A stretch of 64,000 nt of DNA from an uncultured Pseudomonadales bacterium (GTDB lineage: Bacteria > Patescibacteriota > Microgenomatia > UBA1400 > CAYNFZ01). The DNA lies in NCBI GenBank assembly GCA_964398525.1, contig CAYNMS010000002.1, forward strand, positions 2,403-66,402, in the 5' to 3' direction. Position 1 is the stretch's first letter; the number at the start of each line of letters is the position of its first letter. A program made the translations under genes and the position numbers. Under the pieces are notes generated by a model that had not been told where the DNA came from, did not search any database, and saw only the letters and a program-made list of their open reading frames with translations. Shown here piece after piece: positions 1-10,648 of this stretch.

Positions 1-1111
1 TGTCGGCAAGTTTTTTAGCGGATCGGGCAACGGGAACGTTGAAGGCAATAATGACGGCGTCGGTAGTTTGGGCGAGGAGTACATCGGATTCGGTAACCGG
101 ACCGGTACCGGTTTTGATAAATTGGACTTCGTCGGCTAAGTTTTGACGGATGGCTTCGAGAGAGCCTCTGGTGTCGGCGTTTAAGATAATTTGAATGGAG
201 GCTGGAGTTTCTTCTTCGGAAAAAGCAGCCGGAGCAATAGGGGTTGAGGAGGGAATGTCGGCCTCAACTGCTTGGGAGTTAGTGGTGGTTTGAATATGTT
301 GAAGATTGTCGGGGGTGGTAAAGAGGGAGCCGGCTGATGGGACATCTGAGAGACCCAGGACTTCGACTGGGGTTGAGGGTCCGGCTTGATTAACTGGGCG
401 ACCGGCGCTATCGGATAGACGACGGGCTTTACCAGTCACGGGTGGGGTTTGGAGAGAGACGAGTTCATCGCGAAGTTTAAGAGTGCCTTGGCTGACTAAA
501 AGAGTGGCAACTGGGCCAAGATTTTTTCTCATTTGGCTTTCGATAACTACAGCCTCGAGAGGAGCGTTGGGGTCGGAGGTTAATTCTTCAATTTCGGCCA
601 AGGCGAGAATGGTGTCGAGAAGCTTGTCGATATTAGTGCCTTTGATGGCAGAAATTTCAACAACCGGAGTGTTACCGCCGTAGCCTTCGACGTTAATCCC
701 CTCTTCGACGAGTTGGGCTTTGGCCATTTCTGGGACGGCGCCTTTGACATCGATTTTGTTGATGGCCACAATAACGGGGACGCCTGACTCTTTGATGTGG
801 CGAATTGATTCTTTGGTTTGGGGCATGACGCCGTCGTCGGCGGCCACGACCAATACAACGATGTCGGTAACAGCGGCTCCCCGGGCTCGCATTTTGGAAA
901 AAGCGGCGTGACCCGGAGTATCAATAAAGGTGATGGGTTGGTCTCGATGGGTGATTTGATAGGCGCCAATTGCCTGAGTAATACCGCCGGCTTCTGAGGC
1001 AGTAAGGTTGGTGTGGCGGATATGATCCAGGAGAGTGGTTTTACCATGGTCGACATGACCCATGATGGTAACGACTGGTGGCTTGGTGATGGTAGCGGAT
1101 TTTTTGGCCAT
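1..1111 (-). CDS. infB: Translation initiation factor IF-2, 3' partial (runs off window start); protein begins directly at the G domain
   Basis: Minus-strand translation from ATG (cat at 1109-1111) gives [71 protein letters not shown], i.e. IF-2 G-domain motifs G1/G2/G3. The frame stays open to position 1. A TAA one codon upstream closes the frame, and the same TAA is the nusA stop. Not listed in the ORF track because it runs off the edge. Confidence 0.85.
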   Translation of the reverse strand, partial: MAKKSATITKPPVVTIMGHVDHGKTTLLDHIRHTNLTASEAGGITQAIGAYQITHRDQPITFIDTPGHAAFSKMRARGAAVTDIVVLVVAADDGVMPQTKESIRHIKESGVPVIVAINKIDVKGAVPEMAKAQLVEEGINVEGYGGNTPVVEISAIKGTNIDKLLDTILALAEIEELTSDPNAPLEAVVIESQMRKNLGPVATLLVSQGTLKLRDELVSLQTPPVTGKARRLSDSAGRPVNQAGPSTPVEVLGLSDVPSAGSLFTTPDNLQHIQTTTNSQAVEADIPSSTPIAPAAFSEEETPASIQIILNADTRGSLEAIRQNLADEVQFIKTGTGPVTESDVLLAQTTDAVIIAFNVPVARSAKKLAD

Positions 1112-1114
1112 AGT

Positions 1115-2299
1115 TTAGGAAGTAGCCTCCAAAGCAACTTGTAACTCCTCAGCAGCTTTGGGGCCGATACCGGCGATTTTTTTAAAATCTTCTTGGAAGG
1201 ACTTGAGCTGATCTAAGGTGGTGATATCGGCTTTGGTTAGTGCGTTTAGAGTGCGAGGAGTTAAACCCAGAGCCTCAAGTTGGCTTGAGGACGCTGGTTG
1301 GCCGGTCTCGACTTTATCTCCAGATTGACCTTTGATGTCAATTTTATAGCCGGTGAGTTTGGCAGCGAGGCGGACATTTTGACCACCACGGCCGATGGCC
1401 AGACTGAGTTGATCATCTGGGACAGTGACTAGAACGGTTGATTCATCCTGATTGATGTCGATATGAAGACCTTCGGCAGGAGCCAGAGCAGCCGTGATGA
1501 AGGTAAGGGGATCTTGACTGTACTGAATGATGTCGATTTTTTCGCCGTTTAACTCGTTGATGACTTCCTGGACACGAACGCCCTTTTGGCCAACACACGA
1601 GCCGACTGGGTCGACACCTTCTTGAGTGGAATGAACGGCAATTTTGGTGCGGTAGCCAGCCTCGCGAGCGATAGCTTTAATTTCGACAGCGCCTGAAGAG
1701 ACTTCTGGTACTTCGCGGCGGAAAAGTTCTTCAACAAGCTGAGGGGCGGCACGAGAAACAATGATGGTTTTGCCTCGCATGGTGTCACGGATTTCTTTGA
1801 TGTAGACAGCCAGGCGTTGGTTCATTTTGTAGTATTCGCCTTGAATTTGTTCCTCGGAAGGCATAACTCCCTGACCGCGACCAATATCGATAATGACGTT
1901 TTTACCGTCAAAGCGCAAAACCATGCCGGAAATGACTGAATCGACTCTTTCCTCGTACTCGCCAATGATGGCATCCTTTTCGGCTTCACGAACGCGTTGA
2001 AGAATGACCTGTTTGGCGGTTTGGGCAGCGATTCGGCCAAAACCGGGAGGGGTAATATCTTGGTCGGTATCGGTGTCGACAATTTTGGCGGCACCGGTGT
2101 CGGCGTCGAGTTCGACTTGATAGCGTTCAAGGGGTGTCTCGTCGTCGGTAAATCGGTCGGGAAAATCCTTTCTAAAAGCCGCGAGAATGGCGGTTTTAAT
2201 AGTATCGAGGACGACTTGGGGGTCTATACCACGTTCATTACAGATTTGATTGATTGCAGCCGCGAATTCAGTTCGAGCTGATAAAGGTGAGTTGGCCAT
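1115..2299 (-). CDS. nusA: Transcription termination/antitermination factor NusA
   Basis: 394 aa. Has the NusA N-terminal domain, S1 and KH motifs (GRGGQNVRLAAKLTGYKIDI). Canonical nusA-infB adjacency. Confidence 0.9.
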   Translation of the reverse strand: MANSPLSARTEFAAAINQICNERGIDPQVVLDTIKTAILAAFRKDFPDRFTDDETPLERYQVELDADTGAAKIVDTDTDQDITPPGFGRIAAQTAKQVILQRVREAEKDAIIGEYEERVDSVISGMVLRFDGKNVIIDIGRGQGVMPSEEQIQGEYYKMNQRLAVYIKEIRDTMRGKTIIVSRAAPQLVEELFRREVPEVSSGAVEIKAIAREAGYRTKIAVHSTQEGVDPVGSCVGQKGVRVQEVINELNGEKIDIIQYSQDPLTFITAALAPAEGLHIDINQDESTVLVTVPDDQLSLAIGRGGQNVRLAAKLTGYKIDIKGQSGDKVETGQPASSSQLEALGLTPRTLNALTKADITTLDQLKSFQEDFKKIAGIGPKAAEELQVALEATS

Positions 2300-2321
2300 G
2301 TTAGTCTTTTTAGTTAATCAC

Positions 2322-2352
2322 TAATAAAAAAGGTGGATTGCGGCCACCTTGA
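2322..2352 (-). terminator. Rho-independent terminator downstream of the dnaJ-like gene (minus strand)
   Basis: Minus-strand reading: aaggtgg-ccgcaat-ccacctt hairpin (7 bp stem) followed immediately by TTTTTTATT. Confidence 0.55.
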
Positions 2353-2391
2353 GTCAAACAGGGGTATTTTACCACTCCAGACCTCTTGGGG

Positions 2392-3255
2392 TCAATTATT
2401 AAGGGTTGAGTCTAATTGGCGAAGAAGAGTTTTCTGCTCCCTAGTAAGGGAAGTGGGGACGGTGACTTGAAGGTGAACATATTGGTCGCCTTTTGATGAG
2501 CCCCGTAGATGTTTAATGCCTTGACCTTTGAGTCTGACGATAGTACCGGATTGGGTTCCCGGGCGAATTTTGAGTTTGACTGGCCGATCGATAGTGGGGA
2601 CTTGAATGGTTGTCCCCAGGGCGGCCTGGGTAAAGGGGAGTTGGAATTCCAGATGGACGTCATAGCCTTGGCGTTTGAATTGGGGGTGAGGCCGAACGTT
2701 TAGGGTAACGTCAAAATCCTGATAGCGGATTCTGGTGCCGTCACTGGCTCCGGCCGGGATATTGACGGTGTGGCTTTTGCCTTGATGAACCAGGGTTCTT
2801 TTAGTACCTTTGACGGCTTCCATGAAATCGACTTCAAGAGAGTAACGAGGCTTTTGTTGGCGAGTGAAACCACCGCCAAAAAAGGATTCAAAAATCTCAA
2901 ACGGGTCGGAGAAATCAAAATCGGAGAAAGGTTGGCCAGAGCTGGTGTAGGTATAGGTGAAAGGCCCACTACGGGAAGATTGGGGTCCGCCAAAACCGTC
3001 GAAACCAGAGAAACCGGAGTTGGCAGCGGGATCGAAGGCGGCAGACCCGAATTGGTCGTAGGTTTTTCTTTTTTGAGGGTCGGAGAGGACTTCGTAGGCC
3101 TGATTGACTTGTTTAAACTCCTTGTCGGCATTGGGGGATTTGTTTCTGTCAGGATGAAACTCTAAGGCTTTTTGTCGATAAGCTTTTTTGATATCGGCGG
3201 GACTGGCTGATTTGGAAACGCCGAGGATGTCGTAATAGTCGCGTTGTTCAGGCAT
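2392..3255 (-). CDS. dnaJ: DnaJ-family co-chaperone, type II/CbpA-like (J domain + G/F region + C-terminal substrate domain, no CxxCxGxG zinc finger)
   Basis: N-terminal DYYDILGV...HPDRN J-domain signature. G/F-rich linker. No Cys-rich zinc-finger repeats in the translation. Confidence 0.8.
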   Translation of the reverse strand: MPEQRDYYDILGVSKSASPADIKKAYRQKALEFHPDRNKSPNADKEFKQVNQAYEVLSDPQKRKTYDQFGSAAFDPAANSGFSGFDGFGGPQSSRSGPFTYTYTSSGQPFSDFDFSDPFEIFESFFGGGFTRQQKPRYSLEVDFMEAVKGTKRTLVHQGKSHTVNIPAGASDGTRIRYQDFDVTLNVRPHPQFKRQGYDVHLEFQLPFTQAALGTTIQVPTIDRPVKLKIRPGTQSGTIVRLKGQGIKHLRGSSKGDQYVHLQVTVPTSLTREQKTLLRQLDSTLNN

Positions 3256-3323
3256 AGGGAGTTTGAGTTAATTTTGATAGACTGGGTTGACCAAGTAAAT
3301 GGCAGAATTGACCAAGCAGGGCA

Positions 3324-3731
3324 TTAGTTGGATTGAGAGGGGTTGGTAGAAACCCGAGTTACATGAAGCTTGAATTTGGCAATGGGTTTATTTTCTGAGG
3401 AGAGAATGAGATGGTAGGTGCCGGTTTGAGAGAGATTTAGGTTGATGATGTCGGTAATTAGATTGGCCCGGCCGTTGGTACCAAGATTGATTTTGATACT
3501 TCTGGCGGGAATTATGGTTTTGTCTTCGGGACCTTCGAGCTTAAGGCTGACTTGAGCCTTTGCCTCTGGCTGGCCGGTAATTACGGCGACAACAAAGAAA
3601 CGGGAGTATTGGGCAGGTAAATCGCGGACAAAGATACGATCAAACATGCCGATGACGCTTAATTTGCCTTCTTGGCTGGTTAGAGCAAAGTCGCAAAGAG
3701 TAAACAGATCTACTTTAAGTGTTTGGGCCAT
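3324..3731 (-). CDS. Hypothetical 135-aa protein inserted between dnaK and dnaJ
   Basis: Clean ORF with ~60-nt gaps to both neighbours on the same strand. No recognisable family. Confidence 0.45.
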   Translation of the reverse strand: MAQTLKVDLFTLCDFALTSQEGKLSVIGMFDRIFVRDLPAQYSRFFVVAVITGQPEAKAQVSLKLEGPEDKTIIPARSIKINLGTNGRANLITDIINLNLSQTGTYHLILSSENKPIAKFKLHVTRVSTNPSQSN

Positions 3732-3750
3732 AATTGTGATAACTAATAGA

Positions 3751-3775
3751 GGCGAGGAGAGAGACTCTCCCCGCC
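3751..3775 (-). terminator. Imperfect hairpin between dnaK stop and the downstream ORF (possible partial terminator/attenuator)
   Basis: ggcgaggagaga/tctccccgcc inverted repeat with one mismatch. Weak T-tract on the minus strand. Confidence 0.25.
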
Positions 3776-3793
3776 TAGAAATAATATTTTAGC

Positions 3794-5686
3794 TTATTCT
3801 TCGACGATTTCCCCTTCTTCGACATCATCTTTTTTGTCGGATTCTTTTTTGGTTTCGTCAGAAGGTGACTCTTGAGACTTTTGAGACTCCTGATAAATGG
3901 CCTCACCTAGTTTTTGAGAAGCTTCGAGAACTTCTTCGGTTGCTTGGTTGAGAGCTTCGGCGGTGGCATTTTGATCGTCGGCAAGTGACTTGAGTTTTTC
4001 GGTTAGGTTTTTGATCTGGTCAAGTTCTTTTTTGTCGATCTTGTCGCCATGTTCTTTGAGTTGTTTGTCTACTTCAAAGGCAGTTGATGAAGCCTTGTTG
4101 CGAGCCTCGGCCAGGGATTTTTTGGCTTGATCCTCCTTTGCATGCGCTTCGGCTTCTTGGCGCATTTTTTCAACTTCGGCCTCGTCTAAGTTGGTAGCAT
4201 TTTTGATGGTGATCTTTTGCTCTTTGCCGGTCCCTTTGTCTTTGGCAGAGACGTTTAGGATACCGTTACTGTCGATGTCGAAAGTAACTTCGATTTGAGG
4301 CATACCCCGAGGAGCTGGGGGAATGCCATCGAGAATAAAGCGGCCAAGAGTTTTGTTGTCGGCGGCCATTTCCCGCTCACCTTGAAGGACGTGGATCTCA
4401 ACTTGAGTTTGATTGTCAGCGGCGGTGGAGAAGATCTGAGACTTGCTGGTGGGGACGGTGGTATTCCTGTCGATAAGTGGGGTTCTGACTCCACCAAGAG
4501 TTTCTAAACCGAGAGTAAGAGGAGTGACATCAAGAAGAAGGACGTCTTTGACATCGCCGGTGAGAACGCCACCTTGGATAGCGGCACCGACGGCAACCAC
4601 TTCATCGGGATTGACCCCTTTGTGGGGTTCTTTGCCGAAAAAGTCTTTGACAACCTGTTGAATTTTGGGCATACGAGTCATGCCACCGACGAGGACAATT
4701 TCATCAATGTCCGAAGCCGAAAGTCCAGCGTCTTTGAGAGCGGCTTTGACGGGAACCAGGGTTTTTTGAACCAGTTCATCCACTAATTCCTCGAGCTTGG
4801 CTCGAGTGAGTTTGAGGGTAAGATGGAGAGGCTGACTATCCTGACCTTGAGTAATAAAAGGCTGGTTGATTTCAGTTTCCTGGGAAGAGGAGAGTTCGAT
4901 TTTAGCTTTTTCGGCGGCGTCTCTGATGCGTTGCAGGGCTTGTTTGTCCTTGGAGAGATCGACGCCTTGTTCTTTTTTAAACTCGGAGACAATCCAGGTG
5001 ATGATGACTTGATCGAAATCGTCACCGCCAAGGAAAGTATCGCCGTTGGTAGCTTTGACTTCGAATACACCGTCACCGACCTCAAGAATGGAAATATCGA
5101 AAGTACCACCGCCTAGATCGTAGACAGCGATAGTTTCATTTTGTTTTTTGTCGAGGCCGTAGGCCAGTGAGGCGGCGGTGGGTTCGTTGATAATCCGCTC
5201 AACAGTGAGGCCGGCAATTTCTCCGGCTTGTTTAGTGGCTTGGCGCTGAGAGTCGTCGAAATAAGCAGGAACAGTGATGACTGCCCGGGTGACTTCCTCA
5301 CCGAGATAACTTTCAGCGTCGGCTTTGATCTTTTGGAGGATCATGGCTGAGATTTGTTCAGGAGTGTAGGTTTTGTCGGCGACCTTGACATCGGCTGTGT
5401 TGTTTTTGCCGCTGACAATTTCGTAGGGGACCATTTTTTGAGTCTTTTTAACTTGGGAATCAGAGGTTTTGCGACCCATGAGACGCTTGATGGAGTAGAT
5501 GGTATTTTGGGGATTTAAAATCATTTGGCGTTTGGCAACTTCGCCAACTAGCCGTTTTTGAGGCTCGACAATTGAAGGAATGGTGTTTTTTCCCTCTGAT
5601 GAGGGGATGATTTTAGGTGAACCGCCTTCCAGGACGGCAACGGCTGAATTGGTGGTACCTAGATCAATGCCAATAATTTTGCTCAT
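3794..5686 (-). CDS. dnaK: Molecular chaperone DnaK (Hsp70)
   Basis: 630 aa. [28 protein letters not shown] Hsp70 signatures and acidic C-terminus. Confidence 0.97.
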   Translation of the reverse strand: MSKIIGIDLGTTNSAVAVLEGGSPKIIPSSEGKNTIPSIVEPQKRLVGEVAKRQMILNPQNTIYSIKRLMGRKTSDSQVKKTQKMVPYEIVSGKNNTADVKVADKTYTPEQISAMILQKIKADAESYLGEEVTRAVITVPAYFDDSQRQATKQAGEIAGLTVERIINEPTAASLAYGLDKKQNETIAVYDLGGGTFDISILEVGDGVFEVKATNGDTFLGGDDFDQVIITWIVSEFKKEQGVDLSKDKQALQRIRDAAEKAKIELSSSQETEINQPFITQGQDSQPLHLTLKLTRAKLEELVDELVQKTLVPVKAALKDAGLSASDIDEIVLVGGMTRMPKIQQVVKDFFGKEPHKGVNPDEVVAVGAAIQGGVLTGDVKDVLLLDVTPLTLGLETLGGVRTPLIDRNTTVPTSKSQIFSTAADNQTQVEIHVLQGEREMAADNKTLGRFILDGIPPAPRGMPQIEVTFDIDSNGILNVSAKDKGTGKEQKITIKNATNLDEAEVEKMRQEAEAHAKEDQAKKSLAEARNKASSTAFEVDKQLKEHGDKIDKKELDQIKNLTEKLKSLADDQNATAEALNQATEEVLEASQKLGEAIYQESQKSQESPSDETKKESDKKDDVEEGEIVEE

Positions 5687-5721
5687 AGTAGCTCCTTTGA
5701 GAGGTGATTGGTTAATAAACG

Positions 5722-6159
5722 TTAAGATTTTTGGCCAGTGCCGACAGTGACTTGGGCTGGCCGAATGAGAGTCTGGTCTAGACTGAAACCAGGCTTTTCA
5801 ACAGTGACGACTTGATCTTTGGGTCCCGGAACTTGCTGAAGACATTCCATAGTTTGAGGATCAAAGGTCGAATCTTGAGGGTTAATAGTAGTGACACCTA
5901 AATCGGTGAGGATTTTATCGAAGTGGTCGACTACTAGTTGTAGACCAGTATCCTTTAAGTGGTGATGGGCCCGGAGAAGGTCGTCGTAGAGAGGTAAAAA
6001 TTGGCTGATGAGGTCGGCCTGAAGATGGTGAGCTAGGGCAAGGCGTTCCTGCTCAACTCGCTTTTGCAGATTGTGGTAATCGGCTAGAGCACGTTTGTAT
6101 TGTTCCTCTAGTTGTTGATTTTGTTGGTTGTCAGCTGATTTGGTTTTGGAACGGGTCAT
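5722..6159 (-). CDS. grpE: Nucleotide exchange factor GrpE
   Basis: 145 aa, coiled-coil N-terminus, GrpE-like C-terminus. Position between hrcA and dnaK. Confidence 0.8.
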   Translation of the reverse strand: MTRSKTKSADNQQNQQLEEQYKRALADYHNLQKRVEQERLALAHHLQADLISQFLPLYDDLLRAHHHLKDTGLQLVVDHFDKILTDLGVTTINPQDSTFDPQTMECLQQVPGPKDQVVTVEKPGFSLDQTLIRPAQVTVGTGQKS

Positions 6160-6160
6160 G

Positions 6161-6889
6161 TTAAGCAGATCGAGAAATATCTTGTAAAGTGCGAGAGAGG
6201 TGACGGACGAGAGGAATTATGTAGGCGTAATTGAGGCGACTGGGGCCGATGATACCGATGGAGCCGGCGGTATTGCCGAGATTAAAGTCGGAAAAGACAA
6301 TGGTGATGGGCTGGAGGTGGCGGTTGTCAAAATCGTCTCCTAAGAGAACGTGGATGGCACCCTCGTCCTGGGCTCGTTCGAGAAGGGAGAGGAGTTGGCC
6401 GGTTTCTTCCAAAAGGGAAAAAACGGTTTTGGTTACGTCGATATCAAAGAACTCGGGCTCATCAAAGAGATGGAAGTAACCGGCATGATAAGAGCGGTGA
6501 TCGCTGGTAACTGCCAGACCGACACAGTGGGTTTTGTCAGCTAAAGTGCGGGTGGATTCACGAAGAAGGTCTTCAAGATGGCCGCGGACATCCCAAATTC
6601 TTTGTTTTACTGAAACTTCTTCGGCGACGGAGAGGTCATCTTCTTTCATGAGTTGTTGAACGTAGAATTTGATCGCCTTGGGGGTGGGGATTCGTCCTGA
6701 GGAAACGTGGGGTTGGTGCAGGTAACCGGAGCGGACGAGTTGAACCATCTCGTTTCTGATGGTGGCCGGTGAAACGCCGAGATTGAATTTACGATCAAGC
6801 ATCTCAGAACCGATCGGTTGGGCAGTCTCGATATATTCTTCAATAATAATTTTGAGAATGTCAACCTGGCGAGGAGTGAGATCGTACAT
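6161..6889 (-). CDS. hrcA: Heat-inducible transcription repressor HrcA (start moved to internal Met; the ORF-track N-terminal extension to 6955 is probably untranslated and contains the CIRCE operator)
   Basis: MYDLTPRQVDILKIIIEEYIETAQPIGSEML...ATIRNEM matches the HrcA N-terminal wHTH consensus. ATG at 6887-6889. Confidence 0.8.
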   Translation of the reverse strand: MYDLTPRQVDILKIIIEEYIETAQPIGSEMLDRKFNLGVSPATIRNEMVQLVRSGYLHQPHVSSGRIPTPKAIKFYVQQLMKEDDLSVAEEVSVKQRIWDVRGHLEDLLRESTRTLADKTHCVGLAVTSDHRSYHAGYFHLFDEPEFFDIDVTKTVFSLLEETGQLLSLLERAQDEGAIHVLLGDDFDNRHLQPITIVFSDFNLGNTAGSIGIIGPSRLNYAYIIPLVRHLSRTLQDISRSA

Positions 6890-6918
6890 AGGTGCTAGAA
6901 ACAATCGATTAATGAGTG

Positions 6919-6945
6919 CTAGCACTATGTTAGCAAGAGTGCTAA
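6919..6945. promoter_or_regulatory. CIRCE operator (HrcA binding site) upstream of hrcA-grpE-dnaK
   Basis: cTAGCACTa-N9-GAGTGCTAA compared with consensus TTAGCACTC-N9-GAGTGCTAA. Sits 30 nt upstream of the corrected hrcA start. Confidence 0.7.
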
Positions 6946-6963
6946 ACCTTGTCAATACTGGGG

Positions 6964-8778
6964 CTAACGTTTGAGAACTGCAAGATAGGCAGATTGAGGG
7001 ATTTCGACTTTAGAAAAATGGCTGCGTTTAGTTTTGCCCTTTTTTTGCTTTTCAAGAAGTTTTTTTCTTCGAGTGATATCGCCTCCATAGAGTTTAGCGG
7101 TAACATCTTTACGATAAGCTTTAATGGTTTCGCGGGCGATGATTTGACCACCAACGGCGGCTTGAACAGGAATCTGGTGAAGAGTGCGGGGGATGGCATC
7201 TTTGAGTTTGGCAACGATATGTTTGGCGGTATCTTGGACTTTGGAGGAATGGAGAATTTGAGAAAGAGCTTCGACAGGCTCGTGATTGATTAGGACTGAG
7301 AGCTTGACGGCGTCGACAGGCTGATAATCGAAAAGTTCGTATTCAAGACTGGCATAACCACTGGATAGGGATTTTAACTGGTCGTAGAAATTTATGATGA
7401 GTTCGGAGAGGGGGACGAGATACTCAAGTTTGACTTTTTGGCCATAGAAGGTTTGATTAATCATTTCGCCACGAGCATCGTTTAAAAGGTTCATGATGGC
7501 ACCAAGATATTCATTAGGAGTATAGATAACCACTGAGGTTAATGGCTCTTGGATTTCGCGAATGAGATTGGAGTCGGGAAGTTCTTCAGGGTTTTTGACT
7601 TCGAGAGTTTGGCCGTCGGTGGTAGTTACCCGGTAAACCACGGTGGGGGTGGTGGGGATTAGATCGAGCCCGTATTCGCGTTTGATGCGCTCCAGGACAA
7701 TTTCTGCGTGAAGTACCCCCAAGAAACCGACGCGGAAACCTTTACCTAGCGCAAGGGAGCTGGAGGGCACAAACGAAAGTGAGGCGTCGTTGAGGGCTAG
7801 TTTTTCTAAACCTTCTTTTAGGAGTGAAAATTCTTTACCTTCAAGAGGGTAAATATCCATGAAAACAACCGGTTGAGGGTCTTTGTATCCGGGTAAGGGG
7901 GTTATTTGAGAAAGGGAAGCAAAATGGGTAATGGTATCTCCTGGACGGACGAGTGAGACATCCTTGAAACCAGTGGCAATGTAACCAACTTGACCAGCTT
8001 GGAGTTGATCGACTGGCTGCATTTGAGGGGTAAAAATTCCAAGTTCCTTAACCGGAAACGACTGCTGATTATTAAACAGACTGACTTCATCTTGGGAGCT
8101 GAGGAACCCTGATTCGAGTTTGACGAAGGCAATGACGCCTTTGTGAGGATGATATATAGAGTTGAACACCAGACAACGCAAGGGATCTGAAATTGCACCT
8201 GAGGGAGCGGGGATGGCGGTGGCTAGAGCAGCAAAAAGGGCGTTGATGTTGGTTCCGGTTTTGGCTGAAATGGAGACAATGGCTTGGGAGTTGAGACCGA
8301 GAGTGTCGACTAAGTCCAGGGTTACGGCCTCTGGATCAGCAGCCGGGAGATCGATTTTATTTAAAGCAACGATGAGGTTTAGACCAAGATTTTTGGCTTT
8401 TTGAAAATTGGAGAGAGTTTGAGCTTGGATGCCTTGGGTGGCATCGACTAAGAGAACCGCACCTTCGCAGGCGGCGAGAGAGCGGGAAACTTCATAGCCA
8501 AAGTCGACGTGACCGGGAGTGTCGATGAGATTTAAGTTTAGCTGGGGGTAACCCAGACTCGAGACAAGGTCAGGTGGCAGAGTGTAGGTGAGACTAACGG
8601 GAGCGAGTTTGATGGTGATCCCCCGCTCTTGTTCGATAGGGTTGCTGTCTAAGAGGCGCTCGTGGAATTGTCGCTGACTAATAGTGTTGGTTGCCAAGAG
8701 GAGTTGATCGGTAAGTGTGGTTTTGCCGTGATCGATGTGAGCGATGATGGAAAAGTTACGGATTGAAGATTGATTCAT
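6964..8778 (-). CDS. lepA: Elongation factor 4 (LepA)
   Basis: 604 aa. IRNFSIIAHIDHGKTTL GTPase and the LepA-specific C-terminal domain. Confidence 0.92.
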   Translation of the reverse strand: MNQSSIRNFSIIAHIDHGKTTLTDQLLLATNTISQRQFHERLLDSNPIEQERGITIKLAPVSLTYTLPPDLVSSLGYPQLNLNLIDTPGHVDFGYEVSRSLAACEGAVLLVDATQGIQAQTLSNFQKAKNLGLNLIVALNKIDLPAADPEAVTLDLVDTLGLNSQAIVSISAKTGTNINALFAALATAIPAPSGAISDPLRCLVFNSIYHPHKGVIAFVKLESGFLSSQDEVSLFNNQQSFPVKELGIFTPQMQPVDQLQAGQVGYIATGFKDVSLVRPGDTITHFASLSQITPLPGYKDPQPVVFMDIYPLEGKEFSLLKEGLEKLALNDASLSFVPSSSLALGKGFRVGFLGVLHAEIVLERIKREYGLDLIPTTPTVVYRVTTTDGQTLEVKNPEELPDSNLIREIQEPLTSVVIYTPNEYLGAIMNLLNDARGEMINQTFYGQKVKLEYLVPLSELIINFYDQLKSLSSGYASLEYELFDYQPVDAVKLSVLINHEPVEALSQILHSSKVQDTAKHIVAKLKDAIPRTLHQIPVQAAVGGQIIARETIKAYRKDVTAKLYGGDITRRKKLLEKQKKGKTKRSHFSKVEIPQSAYLAVLKR

Positions 8779-8807
8779 GGAATGGGTATTTTACAGGCCA
8801 GCCAAGG

Positions 8808-10478
8808 TTAAAGAGAAGTGGAAGATTGATCCAGGGTTTCCTCAGAAGAAGAGAGGACTTTGCGCCAATTGCCGATTTTGGAAAGAAGCTTCAAGTAGGC
8901 GTTTAACTGCTGGACGCGCAGTAACTTGGAGAAAATAAAGTAAACCGAAAGACCGATTAAGCCGACGATAATTGTAAGGATAATTAGATCAATGGTACGG
9001 GTGGTATCGAAGATAAATTCATCTAAAAGGCGCATGGGGGCCCAGAGGAAAAGACCGGTGGCAGCTGAAGCAACGAACATTTTGAGTAAAGGAAGAAAGA
9101 GAGCATAGAGGTTGAATTGGCCCAGCTTAAAAATTAAGACAATTAATAAAAATGCGGCCTGGAAAAGAACGGCCAAGGTAGAGCCCCAAGCCATACCCAG
9201 GACACCTAAATTAAGAGTGAAAACGAAGTAGAACGAAAGGGCTACATCAATTATGACAGCCAAAAAAGTAGCCAGGAGGGGGGTTTTGGTGTTATGAAGA
9301 GCATAAAAAGCCCGGGCTAGAAGGTGGATAGCGGCGTGAGCAAAAACTCCTAGAGCCAAGATGGCAACGATTTTGCCGGTTAAAAGTGTAGCCTGCCAGG
9401 GGAAAGTTTTGGCGCCGTAGGCAATACGAACTGCGGGAATACGTAAAATGATGAGCATGACGGAGGCAGGTAAGGCAAGATAGAAGATTTGATGAAGAGA
9501 ATCAATTAGAGTTTGAGAGAAGCGTTTGAGATCCTTGGTAGCAGATTCTTGAGACAGGAAGGGCAGGCTCGCTTGGCCGATGGGAATACCAAAGATGCGG
9601 ACAGGAATATTCATAAGGGTGGTGGCCAGACGAACTAATGTCAAACTACCTACGGCTAAATTGGTGGCGAGGTAAATCATGACAAATGGCTGAATTTGTT
9701 CGATTGACAAAGCAGCGGTACGAGGCAGCATTAAGCGGATAATTTGGCGGACTCCAGGATGGCGTAGATTGAATATGGGCCGGTAGCTGAACCTGAGCCG
9801 GCCAGCTAATGGCACTTGCATCATCAAATGAAGGAAGGCACCTAGAACAACCCCAAAAGCCGCGCCATAAAGGCCAATAGTAGGCCCAAGAATAAGGGTA
9901 CCGAGAATAATGCCAAGGTTATAGGCCAGAGGGGAAAGGGCAGGGATTAGGAAGCGGTGGTTGGCTTGAATGATGCCGGTCATAAAATTACTGATAGCAA
10001 AAAAGAACTGGGCTAAAAGCATGATGCGGGTAAAATTGCTGGCTAGATGAACTTGCTCTTGGCTAAAATTTGATCCGGTGATGAGTTGGTTTAGAGGCTG
10101 GGCGAAAATAAAGATAGGAAAAGCCAAAACCAGGAATACCAAAAGGACAAGATTGATCATGGAATTGGCTACGAGATTGGCTTCATCGACACTTTTGTGA
10201 AGATACTTGGAGTAGACCGGAATAAAGGCAGCAGAGAGAGCGCCAATAACCAAAAGTTGAAAAATAAAGTCAGGCAAACGAAAGGCTACGCCGTAGGCGT
10301 CGAGAGCCGCTTGGTTTACCGGATGATTGTAGAACATGGACACCAGAAGACGTTCGCGCAACAGGCCAAGAATGCTTGAGAGGAAGTAAGCAGCTGTGAT
10401 AATGGCGGCGGCTGAAAGAATACTGGACTGTTGGCGCTCAAAAATGAGTTGGCCGTTTTTGAAAAGATGCTTAACCAT
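8808..10478 (-). CDS. murJ: Lipid II flippase MurJ/MviN
   Basis: 556 aa polytopic membrane protein with an MviN-like N-terminus. Confidence 0.8.
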   Translation of the reverse strand: MVKHLFKNGQLIFERQQSSILSAAAIITAAYFLSSILGLLRERLLVSMFYNHPVNQAALDAYGVAFRLPDFIFQLLVIGALSAAFIPVYSKYLHKSVDEANLVANSMINLVLLVFLVLAFPIFIFAQPLNQLITGSNFSQEQVHLASNFTRIMLLAQFFFAISNFMTGIIQANHRFLIPALSPLAYNLGIILGTLILGPTIGLYGAAFGVVLGAFLHLMMQVPLAGRLRFSYRPIFNLRHPGVRQIIRLMLPRTAALSIEQIQPFVMIYLATNLAVGSLTLVRLATTLMNIPVRIFGIPIGQASLPFLSQESATKDLKRFSQTLIDSLHQIFYLALPASVMLIILRIPAVRIAYGAKTFPWQATLLTGKIVAILALGVFAHAAIHLLARAFYALHNTKTPLLATFLAVIIDVALSFYFVFTLNLGVLGMAWGSTLAVLFQAAFLLIVLIFKLGQFNLYALFLPLLKMFVASAATGLFLWAPMRLLDEFIFDTTRTIDLIILTIIVGLIGLSVYFIFSKLLRVQQLNAYLKLLSKIGNWRKVLSSSEETLDQSSTSL

Positions 10479-10648
10479 GAAAAGATGATGAATTGAAATA
10501 TAGGACTGCCATCAACCAAGCACGAACACAGACAAGGCGATGGAAGTTATGAGGATATTGTAAATCTAAGGCCTGGTTTTGGGAAGGGAAGAAACGAAAC
10601 CATAAAGAGCCGGTTGCAGAAAAAAGAGGACGCAGATAGAATTGGAGG

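Noticed and set aside
580-1137. ORF-track calls 580-1137 (-), 483-683 (+) and 720-911 (+)
   Set aside because: All lie inside the infB coding region in other frames. The minus-strand frame ending at ATG 1111 gives an unmistakable IF-2 G-domain, so these are shadow ORFs.
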